Part shown: in pieces, positions 1 through 9,450 of the stretch | Numbering within the stretch: the first letter of the stretch is position 1 | Layout of the letters: every line of letters starts with the position of its first letter | Source: Verrucomicrobiota bacterium | GTDB lineage: Bacteria > Verrucomicrobiota > Kiritimatiellia > JAAZAB01 | DNA: 64,000 nucleotides | Direction of reading: 5' to 3' | Assembly: GCA_018898455.1 (NCBI GenBank) | Contig: JAHIJO010000005.1 | Location: forward strand, 6,591 to 70,590 | Notes under the pieces: model-generated | The model's input: the letters and a program-made list of their open reading frames with translations, nothing else | Databases searched by the model: none | What the model was told of the DNA's origin: nothing | Position numbers and translations under genes: made by a program

Positions 1-179
1 ATCTTAAAGCAAAAACTTATCGCCTGGTCGTGTGTTTCATTTCTCCAGTTCCCGGGCTAATTTCAGCAGACGTTTGATTTTTTCGATCTCGCCCGTTTCG
101 CGCATATAAACAGAAATCACGTAGGGTTGGCAATTTGTGAATTCTGTTAGCGTTCAAAATTCCAACAGGCAATATTTTT

Positions 180-223
180 CCCTGAGTAGTCTCCGCTTCA
201 CGGAGATAAGGAGGGTGTTTTTT
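180..223 (+). terminator. Possible rho-independent terminator: imperfect GC-containing stem (ccctgagtagtCTCCG cttca CGGAGataaggaggg) followed by TGTTTTTT
   Basis: Hairpin CTCCG/CGGAG with extended imperfect outer pairing, then a T6 run. It lies 3' of the minus-strand gene ending at 240 and would terminate a plus-strand transcript entering from before position 1. Confidence 0.35.
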
Positions 224-239
224 GGTTTATTAACGCCTT

Positions 240-2471
240 TCAGGGGTGACCTGGTCCGGAAACTGAACCAGGCACACATATCCCTGTCCCTAAATTACAG
301 ACAACGGTCTTAACCGGCTGGTTGGGATTTTCTCTATACCAGGTAGCGTCTATATCCAGGCCGCTCATTGAAGCTACTTTGCCGTCCTTACTGGCGGTAA
401 TCTTATAAGTGAAGTTTCTTTCCGAATCGCCTTTTTTTACATAATCCGTAATTATGAAAGTATTATTTCCGTCGGCAGGCAAAGGAGTATGTCCGTCTAT
501 TCCCGTAGTTGCCGAGCGCATATCGTTCGCATCCATCCATGCTCTATACCAATTCGCAGTTTGCCCGCTGGTCGGATGCACCCATTTCCAACCAGTTTTC
601 ATGTTCTCGGCAGGATAGTTTGCGTCGTCCACCTCGTTGGTGACAGTTACCGTTGCCCAAGGGACTGGATCGCCTTTCTTATCCACTACTTTGACATCAA
701 GGTAATATTGACGGCAATATTGAGGTTTCCAGTATTCGCTGATCTCTACATCAATAAACTTGCAGTTGACAAAATTACCGGCGCCTCTTACCCCAAGTTG
801 ACCACAATTAAATACAGTATCATAGAAATATCCGTTTAACTCGCTATAGGTTAGACTAAATGGCGGTATGGCGCTAAGCTGAACATTTTTTATCAGGTAA
901 TAGTCATGGTAGGAAGCCGGAGAGAAACGAATTGCATGGGTGCCGGTTATGTTTTCAATAGTACTATCCTGGATATCTAAATGCCGCAAACTACTTAAAA
1001 ACAGTTCTCTGACATTTTTAATGCTTGATTTTTTCATCACCAATTTCCCGTAGGTTTCAGATATCTGATATTTGTTTACATAATCCATGTGAAGACGTTC
1101 ATGAACAACAGGATATGCTGGGTCGGGTGTCTTGATGACAGAGTTTTCCATAATAAGCGTCCAACCCGGCTTTAGCTGCAATTTCTTCAAATTGCCGGCA
1201 GTTGAGTTAATCGTTAGCGTTTCGTTGGAAAGTGTTAAAGCAGCTCCTCGCCAGAACATCAGGTTCGCATTGCAGATTGCTTTCTTTGTTGTGTCGTTGT
1301 AACTGAATATATCCTGGTTATTGATATCCCTGGCAACCTTGGCCAGGGTATTGCCACAACCTCGGATTATGACCGTACCCGATCTTGAATCATAAGTGTC
1401 CGGAATGTCGGGAAATATTGGCGTATCATATACCCTGACATTATCTATCCAGACCCGGCGTTTATCCGGCTGGCTAAGGTACAATCCCATGGCCGTTGAT
1501 GTGCTCAATTCATCTGACCAATGGCTGGAATACGGTATGTAATCATCATCAATCCACAGATACCAGATGCCGTCAGTATCGTGAATAACTCTCATCTGGT
1601 GCCAATCCCGGCCTATGCCATCATGGCCATCTCCAGCATCTATACGATAATATCCTGAACCAGTCATCGCCGGAGTCCCATAGGTTATCGGACATCGCTC
1701 TCCCTGGGTATTGAAATAATCAAGCCATAAATGTTCATCTGCTGCCTTCTCAAAACGGTAACATCTTCGGCTATAATCCGAGTCGTTCTTAATGTTATTT
1801 AATACCAGATACACATCAATACCCAGGCTGTAATCATCGCCGCCTTCGGAAAATCTGAACTCATATTCCCAGGTGCCATATACATTTGTTGATGATGTAT
1901 CCATCATTGTATATGGCGCTGATGAGCCGAAATTGTGACCAGCCATATCAGGCGAACCTTTTCTCACTGTCCATTCGGGCAATTTTCTGCCCCACGGGTC
2001 GGTCTCTGCCCGGCCAGTGTATTTTCCGTCAGCAAAATAATCAAACACAACAGGCGCTTCTGCTTTATCCAATGTGGATATAACCCATTCCAAATTAGTC
2101 TGCCCACCAGAAGCATTGGATGCTTTGACCTGTATTTCCCAGATACTTTTCCTGTCCGGAACTGTCCACCGGAAACTGTTTGCATTACTCTTTCGGTCAA
2201 CTTTATTGACCAGCCATTGATATTCCACATCTTTATCTGCGGTAATCGAAAAAATAATAGTTTCACCCTGCTTGACTAAATACATCATATCCTGATCATT
2301 GTCTTTATTTTGGATTATTCCACCAGTAGAACTGAAACTAATAATCTTTGGCGCTACTTTCGGGTTTTGTTTCAGATCTGTTCCGCCTACATTGGTACCT
2401 GAGCAGTTACCCAAATTGATGAAAAACATTACCACAACACTTACCATACTTAATAACATTATTGTTTTCAT
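240..2471 (-). CDS. Secreted hypothetical protein with N-terminal signal peptide, possibly right-handed beta-helix / polysaccharide-lyase-like
   Basis: ORF 240..2504. The first ATG is at 2471 (MKTIMLLSMVSVVVMFF..), preceded by GAGGTGG RBS; the 2504 start is TTG. Hydrophobic signal peptide. Middle region has repetitive N/G/V-rich segments (NITGTHAIRF.., VQLSAI.., GNFVNCKFIDVEI) typical of parallel beta-helix folds. No family assigned with certainty. Confidence 0.6.
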   Translation of the reverse strand: MKTIMLLSMVSVVVMFFINLGNCSGTNVGGTDLKQNPKVAPKIISFSSTGGIIQNKDNDQDMMYLVKQGETIIFSITADKDVEYQWLVNKVDRKSNANSFRWTVPDRKSIWEIQVKASNASGGQTNLEWVISTLDKAEAPVVFDYFADGKYTGRAETDPWGRKLPEWTVRKGSPDMAGHNFGSSAPYTMMDTSSTNVYGTWEYEFRFSEGGDDYSLGIDVYLVLNNIKNDSDYSRRCYRFEKAADEHLWLDYFNTQGERCPITYGTPAMTGSGYYRIDAGDGHDGIGRDWHQMRVIHDTDGIWYLWIDDDYIPYSSHWSDELSTSTAMGLYLSQPDKRRVWIDNVRVYDTPIFPDIPDTYDSRSGTVIIRGCGNTLAKVARDINNQDIFSYNDTTKKAICNANLMFWRGAALTLSNETLTINSTAGNLKKLQLKPGWTLIMENSVIKTPDPAYPVVHERLHMDYVNKYQISETYGKLVMKKSSIKNVRELFLSSLRHLDIQDSTIENITGTHAIRFSPASYHDYYLIKNVQLSAIPPFSLTYSELNGYFYDTVFNCGQLGVRGAGNFVNCKFIDVEISEYWKPQYCRQYYLDVKVVDKKGDPVPWATVTVTNEVDDANYPAENMKTGWKWVHPTSGQTANWYRAWMDANDMRSATTGIDGHTPLPADGNNTFIITDYVKKGDSERNFTYKITASKDGKVASMSGLDIDATWYRENPNQPVKTVVCNLGTGICVPGSVSGPGHP

Positions 2472-3114
2472 CCGAGTACCACCTCGCTTTGTTTTTCGAA
2501 CCAACTAACCCGCACAGATCAATTGTCCATTTCCGACTGAAGCTTAACCTGGAAACCTTGGCTGCTTCCGCGGCATCATACTTCAGACACCGCGGCGATG
2601 CCAGCAAGGTAAAGCCCTGCTTAATGCGCGCATCCGGCACGTGGCCGGACTTGGGTTCCAGCGGATTGGCCAGAAAATGACGACTGACAATCTCATGAGC
2701 CATGAACGCCAGCGTCATATGCCGCGTGATTTCATCGCCCGTCACCGCCTGCATTTGACGAAGCAAGTTTTCGATCGCGGCGAAGGCGCGGGGCTTGAAC
2801 AGCAGGGGCAACCCGGCCTGAGCGTCCAACGGATCGCCATTATCAAGCCCCACGCGATAATGAATATTCAGCATCTCGAACGGCAGGTTGAGGTTAAAAT
2901 AGAACTCCACAAAAGGCGGAATTGAAATTACCACGCCTTTTTTCAATGCATAGCGCTGATGATTGATAAACACCGCACCGGTGCCGCGCGTGATATGCAG
3001 CAAGTGAAAGTCGTCATTCACCTGGATGCGGCTTCGTCCGCCTTCCCGATTATGAAAAACCGGACAGAATGAAACAAACTGAAACTTGTGTTTTAGAAGC
3101 AGTTGTTTATTCAT
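2407..3114 (-). CDS. AraC-family-like ligand-binding (cupin) domain protein, apparently lacking the C-terminal HTH (possible remnant)
   Basis: Segment FHLLHITRGTGAVFINHQRYALKKGVVISIPP resembles the AraC N-terminal cupin domain. Only 235 aa with no recognisable double HTH. The 3' end overlaps the next gene by ~65 nt. Confidence 0.4.
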   Translation of the reverse strand: MNKQLLLKHKFQFVSFCPVFHNREGGRSRIQVNDDFHLLHITRGTGAVFINHQRYALKKGVVISIPPFVEFYFNLNLPFEMLNIHYRVGLDNGDPLDAQAGLPLLFKPRAFAAIENLLRQMQAVTGDEITRHMTLAFMAHEIVSRHFLANPLEPKSGHVPDARIKQGFTLLASPRCLKYDAAEAAKVSRLSFSRKWTIDLCGLVGSKNKARWYSDENNNVIKYGKCCGNVFHQFG

Positions 3115-3546
3115 GGGCTATTACTATTTCATATTTATCAAGGGCAGTAAATAGACATTCTGCGCAATTATTTGCGTTTTACGCGCATTCACGGAATGTC
3201 TTCCAGTGGCATGATGCAGACTGTCGGGCGAAAATAGGCACTGATCGCCCTTCGGGCGGACATTTCCGGCAAGAACGTTTGTCATCCTGAACGCAGTGAA
3301 GGATCTCGTATCCAACCGACAAGGTCAAATCTGTGATTCCTCGCTACGCTCGGAATGACAAACTATACGACATTGTCTGCCTGAGGCGGCCGGCCTGAGT
3401 TCGGCCAGAAATCCGCCTTTGGTAAAAATTTCCTAAGCATTAATTCCGGACACCAATCAGAAATTGCCTCGACTCTGAATCGTGATTGTGCCAACAATAC
3501 CTGCCTATCCGAGGAGTAGGCTGACTTTCAAATTAACAAACAGGTT

Positions 3547-3648
3547 GAAAATGGAGCCGGGGGTGCCCCCCGGACGCAATCCGTCAGCCGACGGATAGCG
3601 ACTGCGGGCAGGCCACCCCGGTTGTTTCAGGAAAGGAGAGAACCCACA
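3547..3648 (+). promoter_or_regulatory. Conserved ~100-nt 5' leader element (copy A) with hairpins and alternative pairing; candidate cis-regulatory RNA
   Basis: ~90% identical over ~90 nt to the reverse complement of 48260..48352, in the same position and orientation relative to the downstream start codon. Contains CCGGGGGUG/CCCCCCGG and AUCCGUC-AGCC-GACGGAU hairpins. CACCCCGG further downstream can alternatively pair with CCGGGGUG. Confidence 0.5.
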
Positions 3649-4239
3649 ATGGCAACCCGTCAACTCAAGGTGGTGGCGTTTAACGGCAGTCCGCGGACGG
3701 ACGGCAATACCGTCCTACTCATTCAGCGGGTATTTCAGGAATTGGACCGCGCAGGCATTGGCACCGAACTGGTCAACCTGGCCGGTTCCCCCCTGCGCGG
3801 ATGTACCGCCTGTTTTCGATGTCATGCCAGCAGGAACAAGCGCTGTGCCGTGGACAACGACCTCTTGAATTCCCACCTGGAAAAAATGATCGCGGCCGAC
3901 GGTATCCTGCTGGGCTCCCCGACGTACTTCGCCGACATCACCTCGGAAATGAAAGCGCTCATTGACCGGGCCGGATTCGTCGGACGATCCAACGGCGACC
4001 TATTTCAACGGAAGGTTGGAGCCGCTATCATCGCCGTCCGGCGCGCCGGCGCCATTCATGCCTTTGACTCCATCAATCATTTCTTTCTCATCAGCCAGAT
4101 GATCATTCCCGGTTCCTGTTATTGGAACGTGGCGCTGGGCCGGGAAAAGGGCGATGTGGAACGCGACGAGGAAGGCATGAAGACCATGGCCGTTCTCGGC
4201 CAGAACATGGCCTGGTTGTTGAAACGGGTTTGCGAATAA
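3649..4239 (+). CDS. NAD(P)H-dependent FMN reductase / iron-sulfur flavoprotein-like (flavodoxin fold)
   Basis: MATRQLKVVAFNGSPRTDGNT.. is the typical NADPH-dependent FMN reductase N-terminus. Cys cluster CTACFRCH..C as in Isf-type flavoproteins. AAAGGAGAG RBS upstream. Confidence 0.75.
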   Translation: MATRQLKVVAFNGSPRTDGNTVLLIQRVFQELDRAGIGTELVNLAGSPLRGCTACFRCHASRNKRCAVDNDLLNSHLEKMIAADGILLGSPTYFADITSEMKALIDRAGFVGRSNGDLFQRKVGAAIIAVRRAGAIHAFDSINHFFLISQMIIPGSCYWNVALGREKGDVERDEEGMKTMAVLGQNMAWLLKRVCE

Positions 4240-4242
4240 TAT

Positions 4243-4315
4243 CTTCGGCTCGGCCAGAGGCCTAGCCCTACCCGAGGTGACATTCCGAAGGGAGGGCGGG
4301 GCATTTGGCCGAGCC
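4243..4315. promoter_or_regulatory. Structured intergenic element: long-range stem GGCTCGGCCA (4247-4256) / TGGCCGAGCC (4306-4315) enclosing a ~50-nt GC-rich region with further internal pairing (CTTCGG/CCGAAG)
   Basis: Inverted repeats read directly from the sequence between the flavoprotein stop (4239) and the NYN-like gene start (4341). No T-tract follows, so it is not a canonical terminator. Confidence 0.3.
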
Positions 4316-4340
4316 ATCCGCGTATGTCACGAAAATCTCC

Positions 4341-4850
4341 ATGAAAATGAAAAAATGGCTCCTCATTGACGGATACAACCTCATTTTTCAACTGCCCGCC
4401 GGAAGACAGGACATGCCGCCGGATATGGCCGGCAAGCGACAACGCCTGCTTCGAATGCTGGATGATATGGCCGGGGTTCTAGCCGACCGCGTCACGGTGA
4501 TCTTTGATGGACGCTCGGCGGCGCCCGGTGACGCGACGGAGTCTCCGCATGTGGAGATTATTTTTTCGCCCCCCGACAAGACAGCCGATACGGTCATTGA
4601 GCAGTTGGTTTGCGGGACGGAGCATCCCGAGAAAATCCTCGTCGTCACCTCGGATCGCCGCGAAAATGAAACGATCCGAGCCGCGGGCGCTGAGGTAATG
4701 TCCTGCGCGGCATTCCTGGACCACTTGCATCAGGAACGGGAAAACCTGGGTTGGCTGATCCAGCGCCGGACAAGCCGGGCGCCGGCCAATTCCCTCGGGG
4801 ATTTCTTCCCGCCAGTGAAGCTTCAGGATATACCGACGACAGACCGCTGA
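4341..4850 (+). CDS. YacP-like NYN domain protein (PIN-like predicted RNase, COG3688 family)
   Basis: N-terminal KWLLIDGYNLIF.. and later ILVVTSDRRE motifs are characteristic of NYN/YacP (Rae1-like) proteins. First ATG at 4341. Confidence 0.65.
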   Translation: MKMKKWLLIDGYNLIFQLPAGRQDMPPDMAGKRQRLLRMLDDMAGVLADRVTVIFDGRSAAPGDATESPHVEIIFSPPDKTADTVIEQLVCGTEHPEKILVVTSDRRENETIRAAGAEVMSCAAFLDHLHQERENLGWLIQRRTSRAPANSLGDFFPPVKLQDIPTTDR

Positions 4851-4912
4851 CCCGGCCCCGTTGCCAACGGAATGCGACCTGCAGCGGCGGCGTAAGAGCC
4901 TGCGAGCAGGCT

Positions 4913-6190
4913 CTATTTTGACAAACCACCTTTCCCTATCCCATGCTGGCAATGCGGAAAATCGGCGGACTTCCTATCAAGAATTATGGCCGGAACCGTC
5001 TTCCACCCCAGGGTCTTACACGCTTGCAGACGCAAGTGCCCGGCAACAACCTCATATGCGCCGTTAAGCCTCCGCTCAACAACAATAGCCTGAAGAAGCC
5101 CCATTTTGGCAATCCTGGCAGCCATCTCTTTGACCTGTTGGTCTGTTCCCGGGTTCCCCAAGATGCCTGTCGAATCAATGATGAGATTAACGTCAATATC
5201 CGTGGCTTCCGTATCGTTACTTGTCGTGGCATCACCATCCGCACGACGTCCCCCCTGAATGCCCATCCGATATGAATACACAAAGGGGATGGCGAAATCC
5301 ACTTGTGGATTACCCTGAAATTCATCGAAGATTTTCCGGGTAATCTCGTGAACAATCCGCGGACGGTCCATGGCCAAGGTCATATAGCGCAGGCGCATAT
5401 AGACCCCGTAATCGTACAGGTCGGACCGGATATAGGGTTTATGGCCGGTTTCTTTGATCACCTCTCCGGTGACCTCGGTCGCCGCATCCATCAGAATGCG
5501 CTCGGCAATTTTCCAATCCGAATCATACGTGATCCTGACAACCACCTCGTCGAGCACGAAGGGATCCGCCTGCTGGGGGGTGTAATTAATAACCACGTTG
5601 CTGAAGAGCATGGCATTGGGAACAAGGATGTGCCGTCCGGTTGCCTCCTCGGTTCCCACGGTGCCTCCCACCTGGTTAAGCACGGTGTACATCATACCCA
5701 TCTGCTGAACATCGCCAATCAGGCCCAAGGACGGCAACAGGACGCGGTCGCCAAGACGGAACGGGCGCTTGACCGTCACCAGAATCCAAGCCGCCAGACC
5801 GCTGATGGGAGCCTGGAGCGACCAACCCAACAACAGGCCGACAAAAGGCGCCACCGCCACCCAGGAACCCGACAACTTGCCCATAAAGTGGAAAAAGGAC
5901 GCCACGATCATTACCCCCACGCCAAAGCGCAGGAGGGAAGCAACCATGGGTATCTCGCTCGGCGCCCCCCGGTGCACACGAACCTTGATGGTAAACGCCA
6001 GGATGCAGATTTCATAAACCGCCAGCACGGCCGCCGTAAACGCCAGGTAATCGGCGAGCGTCTTATCCTGGGAAAATTTAAAAAAGGAAACGTCAATGTG
6101 GTCCAGCCAGAAAAAGACCACCGCCAGAACCACGAAGACTATCAGCAGACTGATGCGGGTTTTCGTCATAGCAATGTATTTTTTAATCAT
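4913..6190 (-). CDS. Mechanosensitive ion channel (MscS family) with a C-terminal ParB/sulfiredoxin-like domain
   Basis: N-terminal TM helices plus the MscS beta-domain signature (..GDRVLLPSLGLIGDVQQMGMMYTVL..). C-terminal ~70 aa GLLQAIVVERRLNGAYEVVAGHLRLQACKTLGWKTVPAIILD closely match the ParB N-terminal domain consensus (IxVRP..YxxxxGxRRxxAxxxxGxxxxPxxV). Confidence 0.7.
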   Translation of the reverse strand: MIKKYIAMTKTRISLLIVFVVLAVVFFWLDHIDVSFFKFSQDKTLADYLAFTAAVLAVYEICILAFTIKVRVHRGAPSEIPMVASLLRFGVGVMIVASFFHFMGKLSGSWVAVAPFVGLLLGWSLQAPISGLAAWILVTVKRPFRLGDRVLLPSLGLIGDVQQMGMMYTVLNQVGGTVGTEEATGRHILVPNAMLFSNVVINYTPQQADPFVLDEVVVRITYDSDWKIAERILMDAATEVTGEVIKETGHKPYIRSDLYDYGVYMRLRYMTLAMDRPRIVHEITRKIFDEFQGNPQVDFAIPFVYSYRMGIQGGRRADGDATTSNDTEATDIDVNLIIDSTGILGNPGTDQQVKEMAARIAKMGLLQAIVVERRLNGAYEVVAGHLRLQACKTLGWKTVPAIILDRKSADFPHCQHGIGKGGLSK

Positions 6191-6366
6191 AGCCGCAACT
6201 CATTCCTTTAAGCGGAAATATACTTTATCGCCGATTGCGTGTAAAGACCGGTAACCGCAATTTATTACCAACGCGAATTTTAGCCGGGATTCAGCCTCTG
6301 GCAAAAAACACGGGGCTGCCTTAAGGATATGTCACGTTAGATAGGTCGTTTGGATTAGTCTTGCAA

Positions 6367-7119
6367 TCAACCTTTTTTATTATAGTCGCCCATGCTGAAA
6401 TATTTTTCGAGCCAGAGATAAAGGCAGATGAACAGGTAGCGGCTTCCCATTTCCTTGATTTTGAGCTTGGCCTCACCGGTCCGCCGATTCCGCCAGGTGA
6501 TGGGAATCACCGCCCAGGAATACCCCCGCACGATGGCCTTAAGCGGCAACTCAACGGTCAGGTTGAAATGGGGCGCGATCAACGGCCGGCATCCTTCAAT
6601 AACATCCTTCCGATAGGCCTTGAACGCGTTGGTCGTGTCGTTCAGACCATGCCGGAACATCATCCGCAAAAAAGTATTGGCCAGGCGGTTCAGAATCCAT
6701 TTGAACCGCGGATAATCGACGGTTCCGCCGCCCTTGATGAATCGGCTTCCGAACACGCAGTCATAGCCCTCGTTCAGTTTCTGCCAGTAGCGCACAACAT
6801 CGCGACAGTCATCGGACTCGTCGGCCATCATAATGACGACGGCATCGCCCCGCATGGCATTGAGCCCGCAAATTACGGCCAGTCCGTAACCATGAGGCCC
6901 GGCATTCCGGACCGGCACGAGAGTCGGAATTTTTTCCTTCAATCCGTCCAGCAAGGCCCAGGTCCGGTCGGTACTGCCATCATCCACCACGACGATTTCA
7001 TGGGGAATGTGGTGAATGCGAAGTTCGACATGAAGATGTTCGACGGTGGAAGCGATACATCCCGCTTCATTCCGCGCGGGCATGACAATCGATAATAACG
7101 TTAACAGACGAGTTTCCAT
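6367..7119 (-). CDS. Family 2 glycosyltransferase (dolichol-phosphate mannosyltransferase-like)
   Basis: LSIVMPARNEAGCI.., VVVDDGSTDRT.., MMADESDD are GT2 motifs. Start placed at METRLL (7119) to avoid overlap with the upstream gene ending at 7134; the alternative start is 7149. Confidence 0.8.
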   Translation of the reverse strand: METRLLTLLSIVMPARNEAGCIASTVEHLHVELRIHHIPHEIVVVDDGSTDRTWALLDGLKEKIPTLVPVRNAGPHGYGLAVICGLNAMRGDAVVIMMADESDDCRDVVRYWQKLNEGYDCVFGSRFIKGGGTVDYPRFKWILNRLANTFLRMMFRHGLNDTTNAFKAYRKDVIEGCRPLIAPHFNLTVELPLKAIVRGYSWAVIPITWRNRRTGEAKLKIKEMGSRYLFICLYLWLEKYFSMGDYNKKG

Positions 7120-7133
7120 GAAGCCAAGAATAT

Positions 7134-8204
7134 TTACCCATCCCCGCATAGTTCGAGCCAGCGGGGATTTTGTTCCGCATGGCGGGCGATTTCATCGAGA
7201 ATCTGCGACAGCGGAATCACGGGGTCCCAGTTCCAGACCTGTCGGGCCGGTTGCGCATTGAGCACCAGCCAGGGAATATCGAATGGCCGGCATTCACGAC
7301 TGACGCCAATACGGCGCGGACCGAATCGTTCCGCGCACCAGGCGCTTAACCGGGCCAGCGACATGCTGTTGGCCACGCCACCGCTGACATTCAGAACCCG
7401 CATCGGAGTCGCCTGCGGATGCGCTATTTGCCGTCGGATCAGCGCGAGCAGATCGAGCGGATGCAGACAATCCCGAACCTGGCATCCGCGGCCGTTAAAA
7501 CCGATATAGCGCAAGGGCATCCGGCGCATGTACGCGTGAATCCAGTACGAAAATATGCCTTGGTCTGCCTTGCCGAATTGTCCGGCTCCGGCCAACACAC
7601 CACAACGATTGACAAACACCGGTAAATCATAGGCTGAACCATATTCCAACGCCAGGCACTCCGATGCCAGCTTGGTGGCGCCATACAGGGAAACTGGCGC
7701 CTGGGTGGAAAACTCCTCCGTGATTCCACTGGATGTCATCCCGCGTATCCGCAGGCTTTGAGAGGCCGGCACAAAGGCCTGATTCCTGATCCTCATTTTC
7801 AATCCGGCCAATGCCGGGATGGAATAAACACGGCTGCTGCTAAGCATGATGAATCCACAAGACCATTTTCGGGCCAGTTCGAGCAGGTTCATGGTTCCAA
7901 GCAAATTATGTTCCACCAGTTGACGACTGCTGGTTTTGCCGTCCACCCCGGCCAGGACACTGGGGTTCGCGGCCGCATCAATAATCCAGTCGGCAGGCTG
8001 ACAGGAATCGAGATCGCCGGCATTGCGGATATCCCCATGCACTACGGAAATCCCCAACGGTTTCAGCAACCGGCGATTAATTTCACTCCCCGGCCGGACC
8101 AGGTTGTCGATCCCGGCAATTCGGGCCTTCGGAAGCGCCTCACGCAGGCCGCGCGCCAATGAACTGCCCACAAATCCACAGATGCCCGTGATGAATATTT
8201 TCAT
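7134..8204 (-). CDS. NAD-dependent epimerase/dehydratase family protein (SDR)
   Basis: MKIFITGICGFVGSSLARGL.. Rossmann GxxGxxG motif. Start chosen at ATG 8204 with G-rich RBS; the ORF extends to 8276 with alternative upstream ATGs. Confidence 0.75.
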   Translation of the reverse strand: MKIFITGICGFVGSSLARGLREALPKARIAGIDNLVRPGSEINRRLLKPLGISVVHGDIRNAGDLDSCQPADWIIDAAANPSVLAGVDGKTSSRQLVEHNLLGTMNLLELARKWSCGFIMLSSSRVYSIPALAGLKMRIRNQAFVPASQSLRIRGMTSSGITEEFSTQAPVSLYGATKLASECLALEYGSAYDLPVFVNRCGVLAGAGQFGKADQGIFSYWIHAYMRRMPLRYIGFNGRGCQVRDCLHPLDLLALIRRQIAHPQATPMRVLNVSGGVANSMSLARLSAWCAERFGPRRIGVSRECRPFDIPWLVLNAQPARQVWNWDPVIPLSQILDEIARHAEQNPRWLELCGDG

Positions 8205-8369
8205 AATTCCCCTGCCCCCGTGATCGGTACTCCTTGCCGTTCTCTCGAACGGCCGCGACATCATTATGTCACGCATGCCTGGGTAGCAACGGTTTGACAG
8301 AACCGCAGACCGTGCCGCATGGCAGAAGCGGATTCCTCGCAGGCGTCCTTCGCCTGTGAGACATCCGGG

Positions 8370-9431
8370 TCAATGCCCTTTCATCCGTTCCCGCCACGAC
8401 TGGACAATTTCCTCGATAATCCGGGACAGACCTTTGCTGATAGCCCATCCCGGATAATGCGATTTCATTTTTGTCAAATCACTGTAATAGCAAATATGAT
8501 CGCCGATCCGGTTCTGATCCACATAATGATAGCGCTGTTGTATACCGGTCAGAGATTCGGTCAGATGGAATGACTCCAGGACCGAGCAGGCATTGGCCTT
8601 GCCGCCACCCAGATTATAGACCTCGGCGCAACGCGGATGGCGGTAAAACTCCAACATGAATCGCGCCACATCTTCGGCATGGATATTATCACGAACCTGT
8701 TTACCTTTGTATCCATACAGTGTGTATTCCTTTTGTTCCAGATTGCATTTCACAAGGTAACTCAGGAACCCGTGGAGTTCCACCCCCGAGTGGTTGGGGC
8801 CGGTCAGGCACCCACCCCGCAGACAGCAGGTCGGCATATTGAAATAACGCCCATATTCCTGGACAAGAACGTCGGCCGCCACCTTGGAAGCGCCGAAGAG
8901 GGAATGCTGCGACTGATCGATGGGAAAGCTTTCCGGAATGCCCTCCGTAAACGCCGGATCGTCATAATCCCAGCGGGTCTCCAGTTCTTTCAAGGAAATG
9001 GCATTGGGGCGATCGCCATAGACCTTGTTGGTCGACATATGAATGAACGGCGACTGGGGACAGGATTGCCGCGCAGCTTCCAGCAGGTTGAGCGTGCCAA
9101 CGGCATTGGTGTCGAAATCGTCGAAGGGAATCGCCGCGGCACGGTCATGCGACGGCTGGGCCGCCGCATGGATCACGACATCCGGACGGATCGTCCGAAC
9201 CAGATCGAGGATTCCCTTGCGATCGCGCACATCCAGTTCATGATGACAGAAATTGGGTAAGGATTCGACCAAACGCCGTTGATTCCACCGCGTATCACCG
9301 GCCGGACCAAAAAAGACGGCACGCTGATTATTATCTATTCCATGGATCTCAAATCCCTGCTCATGAAAAAAACCGCTGACTTCCGAGCCGATCAAACCTG
9401 AAGATCCAGTTACCAGACATCGCTTTCCCAT
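8370..9431 (-). CDS. NAD-dependent epimerase/dehydratase (CDP-paratose 2-epimerase / UDP-sugar epimerase-like)
   Basis: [18 protein letters not shown].. and YxxxK-type SDR catalytic region (FGASKVAAD). Confidence 0.8.
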   Translation of the reverse strand: MGKRCLVTGSSGLIGSEVSGFFHEQGFEIHGIDNNQRAVFFGPAGDTRWNQRRLVESLPNFCHHELDVRDRKGILDLVRTIRPDVVIHAAAQPSHDRAAAIPFDDFDTNAVGTLNLLEAARQSCPQSPFIHMSTNKVYGDRPNAISLKELETRWDYDDPAFTEGIPESFPIDQSQHSLFGASKVAADVLVQEYGRYFNMPTCCLRGGCLTGPNHSGVELHGFLSYLVKCNLEQKEYTLYGYKGKQVRDNIHAEDVARFMLEFYRHPRCAEVYNLGGGKANACSVLESFHLTESLTGIQQRYHYVDQNRIGDHICYYSDLTKMKSHYPGWAISKGLSRIIEEIVQSWRERMKGH

Positions 9432-9450
9432 AATCCAATCTCCCGTTCCT

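Noticed and set aside
3547-3648. Assignment of the conserved leader to a specific known riboswitch class (ZTP, NAD, flavin, guanidine)
   Set aside because: Could not reproduce any class consensus from memory. Left as an unclassified candidate pending an Rfam search.
5303-6211. 302-aa plus-strand ORF
   Set aside because: Lies entirely antisense to the MscS/ParB-like gene. His/Arg/Gln-rich low-complexity translation typical of a high-GC antisense frame. No RBS.
6361-7095. 244-aa plus-strand ORF
   Set aside because: Antisense to the GT2 glycosyltransferase, which has clear family motifs.
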